In this document: positions 1-12,082 of the stretch, piece by piece
Layout of the letters: each line of letters starts with the position of its first letter
Position numbering within the stretch: the first letter of the stretch is position 1
Assembly: GCA_051294375.1 (NCBI GenBank)
Contig: CM119269.1
Location: 22,242,327-22,306,326, forward strand
Length of the DNA: 64,000 bases
Direction: 5' to 3'
DNA from: Paraspadella gotoi
Lineage: Eukaryota > Animalia > Chaetognatha
Translations under genes and position numbers: made by a program
Notes under the pieces: model-generated
The model's database searches: none
What the model was told of the DNA's origin: nothing
Seen by the model: the letters and a program-made list of their open reading frames with translations, nothing else

Positions 1-358
1 GAAGGAGAAAAGAAAAGATGAATGAATGAATGAACGAACCTATGGCTATGAATGATTGTATGATGATATGATGCTCATATTAAAATGAAATAAATGTGGT
101 TCATCGAATAATGAGTTTGAACTGATATTTATTTTCAACAAAAGATGAAAATGATTGATTGAAATTTTATTGCTTTGGAGAAAAGAGAGAGAAAGAGAGA
201 GAGAGTGAGAGAAAGCACAAAAAAAGAGAAAGAAAGATTCTGATTGGCTGCAACGTGTGACCATTTGTGACATGTCGCACAAATTCTTCCTTTTCATAAA
301 AGGGAGGTCAAGAAAGAGAGAAAGAAAGAAATAAAGAAAGAAAAAAAAAGAGAAAGGA

Positions 359-414
<56 letters not shown>

Positions 415-463
415 AATGGAGAGTAAGAAAAGAAAAAAAGAAAGAAATGGAGAGTAAGAAATA

Positions 464-495
<32 letters not shown>

Positions 496-1626
496 AACGG
501 ATAGAAGGAGCCAACCAAAAAATAGAAAATCCTCACTGGATCGATATTCGAATATCCATTCATTCCAGTTCGCGGGACTTTAATGTTGCTCTAACATTAA
601 AACTCTTTTTACTTTTTTAAGAGTCAAAGGGAGAGAGAGAGGCTGAGACAGAGAGAGAGAGAGAGCGAGAGAGAGAGAGAGCTCGAGAAAGAATCGGATA
701 CTCATTTCCTTAAGGGAATTTGGAAGTCGATATTTCACCAAAAATTGTTTTCCTTATCTTCCCAATTTTTGTTGCTCGTCCCCTTAAAAAGTTTTTTTCA
801 TTTTTTCCCGATAGTTCCGTAGCAGCTTTAACGACTTATTTAATTGAATGCAGTCGTAAAAGCCTTTTTAACAAAATCCCAAAACAAATTACTCAACTGG
901 TAATTTTAATTCTTCCAAAAATTTCGTTTATGAGCGAAATATTAAATTTGATTGTGAGAAACAATTAAAGGATGAGGAGAAGTGATATATCACCTTTTTA
1001 CCCTCTCTCAATCGTCTTTCTGTCTTTCTGTCTTTCTTTCTTTCTTTTTTTCTTTCTTTCTTTCTTTCTAACTCCATTTTTTTCTTTCTTTCTTTCTTTA
1101 TTTTTTTCGTTCTTTCTGTCAATATGCAATTGAGCAATTTTCTCGATCGAGAGTGTGGATTCTGCAAACTCGAGTCCAAGAATCATATTCATCTTCCATA
1201 ATAATTATTCAAAGACAAATGTCTCGAGTCTTTTCCTCAGTCTTTACTAAATTCCCAAATCCCGTTTGTGTTCTAAATGTAATTAATAATCGCTGAATAA
1301 TCAATAAAAAATGCATTAAAAGAATTAACCGAATAATAAAAGAAAAAACTCATCCGTTTTGATGACAACAAAAAAATTGTGTCATCGATGAAGTGAAAAA
1401 AAAATTCAACGTTTCACAATCCAAGCCTCTTCCTTTCTCTCTCCCCCCCCCGACGAAAAATATAAGTGAGACCATCCCTCACTGTGAGACCATTCCTCAC
1501 TGTGAGGCCTCATCCCTCACCATAAACGGAATTTCCACCACAATGCAATTTCCCTTTCGTTCGTATCGGGGACCAAGGCTCCACCATGAGGCGATTTTTC
1601 TCTGTCATTTGCGCGTAGCAACCTCC

Positions 1627-1872
1627 TTCCTTTGATGGCGCTGCAATGGCATTGAACTGTGTCCTTATTCCTTTGATGGCGCTGCAATGGCATCGAACGG
1701 TGTCCTTATTCCTTTGATGGCGCTGCAATGGCATCGAACGGTGTCCTTATTCCTTTGATGGCGCTGCAATGGCATCGAACGGTGTCCTTATTCCTTTGAT
1801 GGCGCTGCAATGGCATCGAACTGTGTCTTTATTTCTTTGATAGCGCTGCAATGGCATCGAACGGTGTCCTTC
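1627..1872. repeat. 41-bp minisatellite, ~6 copies (second array at ~6360-6605)
   Basis: Unit ttcctttgatggcgctgcaatggcatcgaacggtgtcctta, head-to-tail with no spacers. Confidence 0.9.
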
Positions 1873-2082
1873 ATTTTCAATGCCATCGCAAACTTAGCTT
1901 AGTCGGAAAAATGTTCCATTCTCTTGCGACATTGATCCCGTGCAAATCGTTCCATTGCACGCAAGGGCTCTTTGCACGCAAGGTCTCTTTGCACCCAAGG
2001 TATCTCTGCTCTTAACTGCGATCGTTTCTAACCTTTTGTGAAAAAGATTCGACTCCCACGATGGGACAGTCGACGCTAATGA

Positions 2083-2262
2083 CACACCATGTCTTCATAG
2101 CCTATTTTTCGTAGCACACCATGTCTTCATAGCCAATTTTTTGTAGCACACCATGTCTTCATTGCCTATTTTTCGTAGCACACCATTGTCTTTCATTGCC
2201 TATTTTTTCGTAGCACACCATGTCTTCATTGCCTATTTTTCGTAGCACACCATCTCTTCATT
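2083..2262. repeat. 32-bp minisatellite, ~6 copies here and ~11 copies at 6815-7180
   Basis: Unit cacaccatgtcttcatagcctatttttcgtag, followed by degenerate copies. Confidence 0.9.
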
Positions 2263-2651
2263 GTCTTCATTGTCTTCATTTCATTTCATTGCAAACCATG
2301 TCATGGTTGCACACCATTTCAACATTGCACACAAGTCTTAATTGCACATCATGTCAGTATTGCACACCATGTATCCATTGCCTTCAACAATTTTATTGCC
2401 TTAATTTCTTTGCACACCATGTCTTCATTCCACACCTTGTCTTCAATGCACACCATGTCGTTCTTGCCTCCTCCCAATTCCGCATATATTTGTTTTCCTC
2501 TTATTTGTTTTTTTTTCTTCCGCAAAAAAAATCGATGTTTTGCTCATTTTCTTTTTATTCTTTTCTTTTTTTTTCTTTTCTTTTCTTTCTTTTTCTTTTT
2601 TTCCCTTTTTTTTCTCAGTTTCGAATCGCGCCGTTTCAGCATATTTTGCTT

Positions 2652-2653
<2 letters not shown>

Positions 2654-2704
<51 letters not shown>

Positions 2705-2990
2705 CTCTCAGCACCATGGATTAAGTCAGTCCCGTCCGTCCGTTCCGTCCGTCCGTCCGTCCTCCGTCCGTCCGTCCGTCCGTCCGTCGTCCGTCCGTCC
2801 CGTCCGTCCGTCGTCCGTCGTCCGTCCGTCCGTCCGTCCGTTCCGTCCGTCCGTCCGTCCGTCCGTCCGTCCGTCCGTCCGTCCGTCCGTCCGTCCGTCC
2901 GTCCGTCCGTCCGTCCGTCCGATCCGTCCGTCCGTCCGTCTGCCGTCCGTCCATCCCGTCCGTCGTCCGTTCCGGTCTCCGTCCGTCCCA
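2654..2990. repeat. (CT)n plus (CCGT)n compound microsatellite (second copy ~7573-7825)
   Basis: Directly visible. It explains the spurious SVRP/TDGR-repeat ORFs. Confidence 0.95.
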
Positions 2991-3483
2991 TTACTTCGCC
3001 GTGAAAGCGTTACTCTTTTCACCGTCGGACGAAAGACGAATTCCATTGACTGGCATCTGGTTGTTGTTATTGTTGTTGTTGTTGTTGTTATTCTTGTTGT
3101 GGTTCATGTTCTCGTTCTCGTTGATTGTCTGATTTTGTTGATGTTTTTTTTTATAGTTTGTAGGTTAGTATATTTTGTCTATATTCTACATTTTTGTCAT
3201 TCTTTCATTCTTCTATTATTTTTCTTTCTTTCATTCTTCATTCACTCTTTCATTCTTTTATTCTACTTCATTCACTAGTGACGTTTTCTCTCTTTTTATT
3301 TTTTTTTCTCAAATTAAAATTCCGGTTTTGTTTACTTTTCGTTCGTCATCCTCTTTTTTCAAAACTATCTTCGGCACGGTTTTCTGTCTTAAAATTGTTG
3401 AATTTTTTTTATACATTGATAAAGATAAACTAATAGTAATAATAATAATAAAAATAATAATAATAATAATAAAGTAGGAGATC

Positions 3484-3940
3484 CTTCCCCTTAACGCGTC
3501 AATATAATTCAACCTTCCCCAAGATCATTTAAATTAAATTCTAACTTTTCCCCTGAGGCGCTGTAAAATAGGAATTCTACACTCTTCCCTGAAGCGCTTT
3601 AATAAAATTCTACCTTCCCCCTAAGCGCTTAATGAGAATTCTACTTCCCCCTGAGCGCTTAATAAAATGTCTACACTTCCCCCTAAGCGCTTAATAGAAT
3701 TCTACCTTTACCCCCTGAGCGTGCTTAATAAATTCTACAATTCCCCCTAAGCGCTTATTAAGAATTCTAACCTTCCCCCTGAGCGCGTTAAGTAAAATTC
3801 ATACTTCCCCTGAACGCTTAATAGGAATCTTACCTTCCCCTGAGCGTCTTAATAAAATTCTACCCTCTCGCCCTGAGCGCTTAATCAGATCTACCTTCTC
3901 CCCAGAGCGCTTAATAGATTTCTGAGACCGTCCCCTGAGC
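3484..3940. repeat. ~30-bp minisatellite, ~14 noisy copies
   Basis: Unit approximately ccccctgagcgcttaataaaattctacctt. Confidence 0.85.
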
Positions 3941-4061
3941 CACCTAGAAATGGATTACTTCTATTCATCTTATCTCTTTCTTCGTTTCGATAAAAATATC
4001 GTCATCCGCTTTCCTCATTAACGCTCGAATCCCTCTCTCTCTCTCTCTCTCTCTCTCTATC

Positions 4062-4104
<43 letters not shown>

Positions 4105-4575
4105 GGAGAAAAGGTGAGATAGACCCGACGCCTCTAATTCCCAGGCTTTCCCCTTTTTTTCTCTTCCTTTTTCTTCCCTTTTCCTTTTTCTTTTCTCTTC
4201 TTATCTTTCCTGCTTCCTTTTTTTTCTTTTGATGGAAGCGATTATTTGCTGGTTCATTATTTTATTCATTATTTCTACTATAATTAATAATACATTCCTT
4301 AACTTTTAATCATACTCATTGGTCCATTTGTTAGCAAAATAATTTATAGTAAATTTTTATGGAAGATATTATTTTATAAACTGCAGCGGGGGAATTCTCT
4401 CTCTCCTCACTCTTCTCTCTCATCTCTCTCTCCTTCTCTCTCTCTCTCTCCTGTCTTTCTCTTCTCTCTGTCTGTCTTCTATCTCACTCTCTCTTGTCCC
4501 AATTATTCCGCCGAACGGAGAACTTTTAATAACTATGGGCTTAATGGCCTCTCAAGTTGCGGAAGGGAGGGAGGG

Positions 4576-4646
<71 letters not shown>

Positions 4647-5084
4647 AAGAGAGAGAGAGGAGAAGGGAGAGAGAGAAAGAGAGAGAGAGAAAAATAAGAT
4701 GAGTCAGGAAAGAAAAGATTTAGGAAGGAGAAAGAAAAGAATGAATGAATGAATGAACGAACCTATGGCTATGAAATGATTGTATGATGGATATGATGCT
4801 CATATTAAAATGAAATAAATGTGGTTCATCGAATAATGAGTTTGAACTGAATATTTATTTTCAACAAAAGATGAAAATGATTGATTGAATTTATTTTTTG
4901 CTTGGAGAAAAGAAGAGAGAAGAGAGAGAGAGTGAGAGAAAGCACAAAAAAAGAGAAAGAAAGATTCTGATTGGCTGCAACGTGTGACCATTTGTGACAT
5001 GTCGCACAAATTCTTCCTTTTCATAAAGGGAGGTCAAGAAAGAGAGAAAGAAAGAAAAAAGAAAGAAAAAAAAAAGAGAAGGAA

Positions 5085-5132
<48 letters not shown>

Positions 5133-7569
5133 AAAGAAAGAAAGAAAGAATGGAGAGTAAGAAAGAAAAAAAGAAAGAAATGGAGAGTAAGAAATAAAGA
5201 AAGAAAGAAAGAAAGAGAAGAAAAGAAAGAAACGGATAGAAGGAGCCAACCAAAAAATGAAAATCCTCACTGGATCGATATTCGAATATCCATTCATTCA
5301 GTTCGCGGGACTTTAATGTTGCCTCTAACATTAAAACTCTTTTTACTTTTTTAAGAGTCAAAGGGAGAGGAGAGAGGCTGAGACAGAGAGAGAGAGAGAG
5401 GCGAGAGAGAGAGAGAGCTCGAGAAAGAATCGGATACTCATTTCCTTAAGGGAATTTGGAAGTCGATATTTCACCAAAAATGTTTTCCTTATCTTCCCAA
5501 TTTTTGTTGCTCGTCCCCTTAAAAAGTTTTTTTCATTTTTCCCGATAGTTCCGTAGCAGCTTTAACGACTTATTTAATTGAATGCAGTCGTAAAAGCCTT
5601 TTTTAACAAAATCCCAAAACAAATTACTCAACTGGTAATTTTAATTCTTCCAAAAATTTCGTTTATGAGCGAAATATTAAATTTGATTGTGAGAAACAAT
5701 TAAAGGAGAGGAGAAGTGATATATCACCTTTTTACCCTCTCTCAATCGTCTTCTGTCTTTCTGTCTTTCTTTCTTCTTTTTTTTTTCTTTCTTTCTTTCT
5801 TTCTAACTCCATTTTTTTCTTTCTTTCTTTCTTTATTTTTTTCGTTCTTTCTGTCAATATGCAATTGAGCAATTTTCTCGATCGAGAGTGTGATTCTGCA
5901 AACTCGAGTCCAAGAATCATATTCATCTTCCATAATAATTATTCAAAGACAAATGTCTCGAGTCTTTTCCTCAGTCTTTACTAAATTCCCAAATCCCGTT
6001 TGTGTTCTAAATGTATTAATAATCGCTGAATAATCAATAAAAAATGCATTAAAAGAATTAACCGAATAATAAAAGAAAAAACTCATCCGTTTTGATGACA
6101 ACAAAAAAATTGGTGTCATCGATGAAGTGAAAAAAAAATTCACGTTTCACAATCCAAGCCTCTTCCTTTCTCTCTCCCCCCCGACGAAAAATATAAGTGA
6201 GACCATCCCTCACTGTGAGACCATTCCTCACTGTGAGGCCTCATCCCTCACCATAAACGGAATTTCCACCACAATGCAATTTCCCTTTTCGTTCGTATCG
6301 GGAGCCAAGGCTCCACCATGAGGCGATTTTTCTCTGTCATTTGCCGCGTAGCAACGTCCTTCCTTTTGATGGCGCTGCAATGGCATTGAACTGTGTCCTT
6401 ATTCCTTTGATGGCGCTGCAATGGCATCGAACGTGTCTCTTATTCCTTTGATGGCGCTGCAATGGCATCGAACGGTGTCCTTATTCCTTTGATGGCGCTG
6501 CAATGGCATCGAACGGTGTCCTTATTCCTTTGATGGCGCTGCAATGGCATCGAACTGTGTCTTTATTTCTTTGATAGCGCTGCAATGGCATCGAACGGTG
6601 TCCTTCATTTTCAATGCCATCGCAAACTTAGCTTAGTCGGAAAAATGTTCCATTCTCTGGCGACATTGATCCCGTGCAAATCGTTCCATTGCACGCAAGG
6701 GCTCTTTGCACGCAAGGTCTCTTTGCACCAAGGTATCTCTGCTCTTAACTGCGATCGTTTCTAACCTTTTGTGAAAAAGATTCGACTCCCACGATGGGAC
6801 AGTCGACGCTAATGACACACCATGTCTTCATAGCCTATTTTTCGTAGCACACCATGTCTTCATAGCCAATTTTTGTAGCACACCATGTCTTCATTGCCTA
6901 TTTTTCGTAGCACACCATGTCTTCATAGCCTTTTTTCGTAGCACACCATGTCTTCATTGCTATTTTTCGTAGCACACCAGTCTTCATAGCCTATTTTTTG
7001 TAGCAAACCATGTCTTCATTGCCTATTTTTCGTAGCATACCATGTCTTCATAGCCTATTTTTCGTAGCACACAATGTCTTCATTGCCTATTTTTGTAGCA
7101 CACATTGTCTTCATTGCCTATTTTTCGTAGCACACCATGTCTTCATTGCCTATTTTTCGTAGCACACCATCTCTTCATTGTCTTCATTGTCTTCATTTCA
7201 TTTCATTGCAAACCATGTCATGGTTGCACACCATTTCAACATTGCACACAAGTCTTAATTGCACATCATGTCAGTATTGCACACCATGTATCCATTGCCT
7301 TCAACAATTTTATTGCCTTAATTTCTTTGCACACCATGTCTTCATTCCACACCTTGTCTTCAATGCACACCATGTCGTTCTTGCCTCCTCCAATTCCGCA
7401 TATATTTGTTTTCCTCTTATTTGTTTTTTTTTTTTCCGCAAAAAAAATCGATGTTTTGCTCATTTTCTTTTTATTTCTTTTCTTTTTTTTTTTCTTTTCT
7501 TTTCTTTCTTTTCTTTTTTTCCTTTTTTTTTCTCAGTTTCGAATCGCGCCGTTTCAGCATATTTTGCTT

Positions 7570-7650
<81 letters not shown>

Positions 7651-8295
7651 AGCACATGGATTAAGTCAGTCCGTCCGTCCGTCCGTCCGTCCTTCGTCCG
7701 TCCGTCCCGTCCGTCCGTCCGTCCGTCCGTCCGTCCGTCCGTCCGTCCCGTCCGTCCGTCCGTCCGTCCGTCCGTCCGTCCGTCCGTCCGTCGTTCCGTC
7801 CGTCCGTCCGTCCGTCGTCCAGTCCGCCTTTACTTCGCCGTGAAAGCGTTACTCTTTTCACCGTCGGACGAAAGACGATTCCATTGACTGGCATCTGGTT
7901 GTTGTTATTGTTGTTGTTGTTGTTGTTATCTTGTTGTGGTTCATGTTCTCGTTCTCGTTGATTGTCTGATTTTGTTGATGTTTTTTTTTATATTTGTAGG
8001 TTAGTATATTTTGTCTATATTCTACATTTTTGTCATTCTTTCTTCTTCTTTTCATATTATTTTCTTTCTTTCTTTCATTCTTCATTCACTCTTTCATTCT
8101 TTTATTCTACTTCATTCACTAGTGACGTTTTCTCTCTTTATTTTTTTTTCTCAAATTAAAATTCCGGTTTTGTTTACTTTTCGTTCGTCATCCTCTTTTT
8201 TCAAAACTATCTTCGGCACGGTTTTCTGTCTTAAAATTGTTGAATTTTTTTTATACATTGATAAAGATAAACTAATAGTAATAATAATATAATAA

Positions 8296-8331
<36 letters not shown>

Positions 8332-8588
8332 TAATATAATATAATAATAATAATATATAAATAATAATATTANNNNNNNNNNNNNNNNNNNNNNNNNTAA
8401 TAATAATAATAATCACTTTCTCATACTATAAAGCAAATACAATGACATTTTGCCAAACTTTTCTTTTGTGCATTCAAATAAAAAAGAGAGAAAAAGTTTG
8501 AATTTTTTCAATGGTCACGTGACATTGAAGGACGCTATTTTGTCAGACGCCATTTTGTTTTTTGTCATTGACTTTTTTTTTCAATCCA

Positions 8589-8633
<45 letters not shown>

Positions 8634-8849
8634 CTTTGCCAACGTCAATCATAGCTTGACACAAATAGAAACGATTTCTCAACGACGAAAATTTTTTTCC
8701 CCTTTTTTCATTTTCATTAGTTAAATTGATTTAATTAAGTTGCTTTTCTCGCTATACATTTTCTATACTACCAGCGCAAAGTACATTGAGAACTATTAAT
8801 AAAAAACCGTAAAAACCTATCAAAATTAGTAAAAAATGTCAAAAAGTAG

Positions 8850-9146
8850 AAAGTGTGAAAACTGTTAACAAAGTGGAAAGAGTCAAAGAGTTGAAAGTGT
8901 GGAAACTGTCAACAAAGTGGAAAGAGTCAAAGAGTATAAAATGTGGAAACTGTCAATAAAGTGGAAAGAGTCAAAGAGTTTAAAGTGTGGAAACTGTCAA
9001 TAAAGTGGAAAGAGTCAAAGAGTTGAAAGCGTGGAAACAGTCAATAAAGTGGAAAGAGTCAAAGAGTTGAAAGTATGGAAACAGTCAATAAAGTGGAAAG
9101 AGTCAAAGAGTTGAAAGTGTGGAAACTGTCAATAAAATGGAAAGTG
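8850..9146. repeat. 44-bp minisatellite, ~7 copies
   Basis: Unit aaagtgtggaaactgtcaataaagtggaaagagtcaaagagttg. Confidence 0.9.
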
Positions 9147-9221
9147 GGGAAAAAAAATCAAAGATGCCATTCTCATCTTTTTGATGGTTTTGAGTTTTAG
9201 AATTTAGATTTTTGAATATTT

Positions 9222-9290
<69 letters not shown>

Positions 9291-10964
9291 GTCAACTTCT
9301 TCAAAAACCTTTTCAACTTTTGAGTAAAACCATATTGTCAGCCATTTTGATTTTTTCTCGACCCGTAAACCTTACAAGCATGATTAAAAACTCCTTTTCA
9401 AAACTTTTTTTTATTAATAAGAAAAACGATATTAACATAATCAAGAACACTAACAGTAACAGCGAATTGTTATGGTTACGAAACTTAGCTTCAGAAATTC
9501 ATGTTTTTAGTTTGTTTACATACAACTGTAAACTTTGTTGTAAACTCTTTTTTCTCTCCGACTTAAACGAATTCAAATAAAAACAAATTGTAAAACTTAT
9601 TTTCATATTTTATTCGTTTTATCTATTTATTTACGTATTTATCAACATTGTTGACAACAAATAAAATCTTCCGTTGTTTTTCACGAGGTTAGTTTTCTTT
9701 AAAAGTTTAATGAACTTGTGGAATAATATAGCTAATGGAGAAGTTTGACCAAAAAAAGCCTCTCATTTTTTAGCTGTTTTTTTCTCTGTTTTCTCTCGTT
9801 TATTTTTCTTCCTCCTTTTTTTGCTTGAATCCCAAGAAAATTTTAACGACAAAAATCAAATTCGAAGATAAAAAGCAACACAAAATAAAAACGTAAAAAT
9901 TTATAAACAAAAAGTCAATATATTTACTATTCAATTTTATTTTTTTCTTCCAAAGTATTTTTTCCTTTTTTTTCGCTTTTCAAAAACGTTTTGGTGAATT
10001 TTTAAAAAGGTTTTTTCTCGACGCGCCGTGCATCGCCATCCCACAGTGCATTAAAAAAAAATATATATTTTTTGGTCGCCGAACCTGATTTTTTAAAACA
10101 TTTTTAAAACATTTTTTAAACCAAAACCGAGTCGACGGATCGAATGACCGGAGATTCTCCATCATAGATCCTCCAAGAATCTCACCCTCAGATTTTACCT
10201 TTAAAATAAAACCACAACTGATTTCGTCTGCGACTTATTTTTAAAAAGCTTTCATTTTTCTCGCTATCTTGTTTCGCTCTCTCATATGTTACAATATTTT
10301 ACAATATTTTACTATCTGGTTCATCTTTTTTCTTCACATTTGTCCCTTAAAAACTTCAACTTCATTCTCTTAAAAAAATTACCTGTTTCACTATCTTTAT
10401 TTTTTTAGATTTAAAAATAACTATTATTTTATAAATTTATTTATTTGTTATAATGTTATAAAATATAATATTATTTATCTATTAGGGTGCATCTACACAA
10501 CACAAGGTAAGATTACTTTCTGTTCCAGTTTTCTAATAGACATCGTACATCATTCCTATTGGAAAATCATTAATGAGAAACTCATAATATCTACAAGGCC
10601 GAACAAAAAGGATAATTTTTTGGAATAAGTTTAATAGAATCGTATGTTATGATATATATTATTTTTTTGGCCTAAGATTCTTCTTTCATCACGTGATCAA
10701 CTTTTTACTTTCTTAATTCTGTCTATAATTAACCTTTGGTACTCTTTACTCATTTAACATTTATCAATTTTCTTCTTCTTCTCCCTATTTAACAGCTTTT
10801 TTTTTTTTCTTCTCCTCCGCCTCCTCCCTCTCCTTCTCCCTCTCTTCCTCCCACACCTCCTCCCCCCTCCCCTTAATCACCTCAGATCTTAATCTTTCCC
10901 TCAAATTAAAATTCTTTCCACAGATTTTTTCTCTCACGCTTTGGAATTTCCCCCTTAACATTCT

Positions 10965-11632
10965 CCGGCCAAAGAACCTTTAGGCACGAATCCTATGCGC
11001 GCCAATATATTTTCAGCCCACAACTTTTAGGCGCCGATATCTCCAAACAAAATCCTTGGCACATAGGTATATTTCCGGTCGAAGAACCTTATAGTGCAAA
11101 TATTTCTGGCACAAATCCTTTGCGCGCCAATAAATTTTCAGCCATAAACCTTTAAATGCCAATATTTGAGGCCAAAATTCTTTGCAAGCAAATATATTTC
11201 CGGCTAAGAACCTTTAGGCGCCAAGATTTCCGACCAAAATATTTTTCGCGCCGATTTATTTCCGGCTGAGAACCTATAGGCGCCAATTTTTAACTCGCCT
11301 ATGTATTTCTGGCCGAGAATTCAAGCATTGGCGGCGCTCGAAAGGAATTACAAAGGATTAGGCGTGCCCAAATAAGGATTAACGACCCCTGTACGGATTA
11401 GTGGCGCCCAAAAGGAAGGATTAGCGGCGTCCGATAGGAAGGATTAGCGGCACCCGAAAGGAAGGATTAGCGGCGCCTGAAATAAGGTTTATTGGCGCTC
11501 TAAAGATTAGCGATGCCCGAAAGGAAGGATTAACGGCGCCGAAAGGAAGGATTAGCGGCGCCCGAAAGGAAGGATTAGCGTTGCCCGAAAGGAAGGATTA
11601 GCGGCGCCCGATAGGAAGGATTAGCGGCGCCC
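10965..11632. repeat. Two abutting minisatellites (~30-bp degenerate, then 23-bp) directly upstream of the ion-channel first exon
   Basis: Units approximately tttccggctaagaacctttaggcgccaatat (10965-11320) and ggaaggattagcggcgcccgaaa (11330-11632). Confidence 0.85.
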
Positions 11633-12082
11633 TAAATGAGGCCGTCGTAATCGGCTTCCGGTCAACTCCGTGTTTTGTTGGACGACGAACGAAACTGTGT
11701 AGATTTGATGGAGAACACCAACTACATCAAAAAAGAAAACATCGACAACAACAGCAACAGCAACGGATCCACTTTTCCTCTCCGCTCCAACTACACAGAA
11801 CAACCTGGCTCCTCCTTCTTCATTTGCTCCAGTCGCCGAGATAACTTTCTCCTCCGTTCCCATGGTAACCGTTTTCCCGCGTTGATCAATAATGAAAACA
11901 ACAACAACAACGACAAAGACGACCGAGAGACTCTGATGCCTTTCGTCTTCCGTCGAGGATCGACGAACGAATCGTCGTCGTCGTCGTCGTCGTCTATTTA
12001 TAGCCTCTTCCCTCGAAAGTCTTCATCAAAGTTGCAGACTTTAAAGTGTTCCACCGCCGCCGCCGCAGAGAGAAGACCCGCG

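Larger units (their letters stand above)
1..8300. repeat. ~4.72-kb tandem segmental duplication (copy 1 starts at 1, copy 2 starts at ~4724 and runs into the N gap at 8374)
   Basis: Sequence from position 1 (gaaggagaaa...gaacctatggctatg) recurs collinearly from 4724. Differences are mostly 1-bp indels and satellite copy number. Confidence 0.95.

Noticed and set aside
2220-3278. 352-aa ORF and similar ORFs (7105-7887; SVRP, TDGR, ERER, FFLS frames)
   Set aside because: They are open only because of stop-free micro/minisatellites, and the frames are not conserved between the duplicate copies.
1627-11632. Regular 23-44-bp repeat arrays as possible CRISPR arrays
   Set aside because: Units are head-to-tail with no unique spacers, there are no cas genes, and the context is eukaryotic. 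These are minisatellites.
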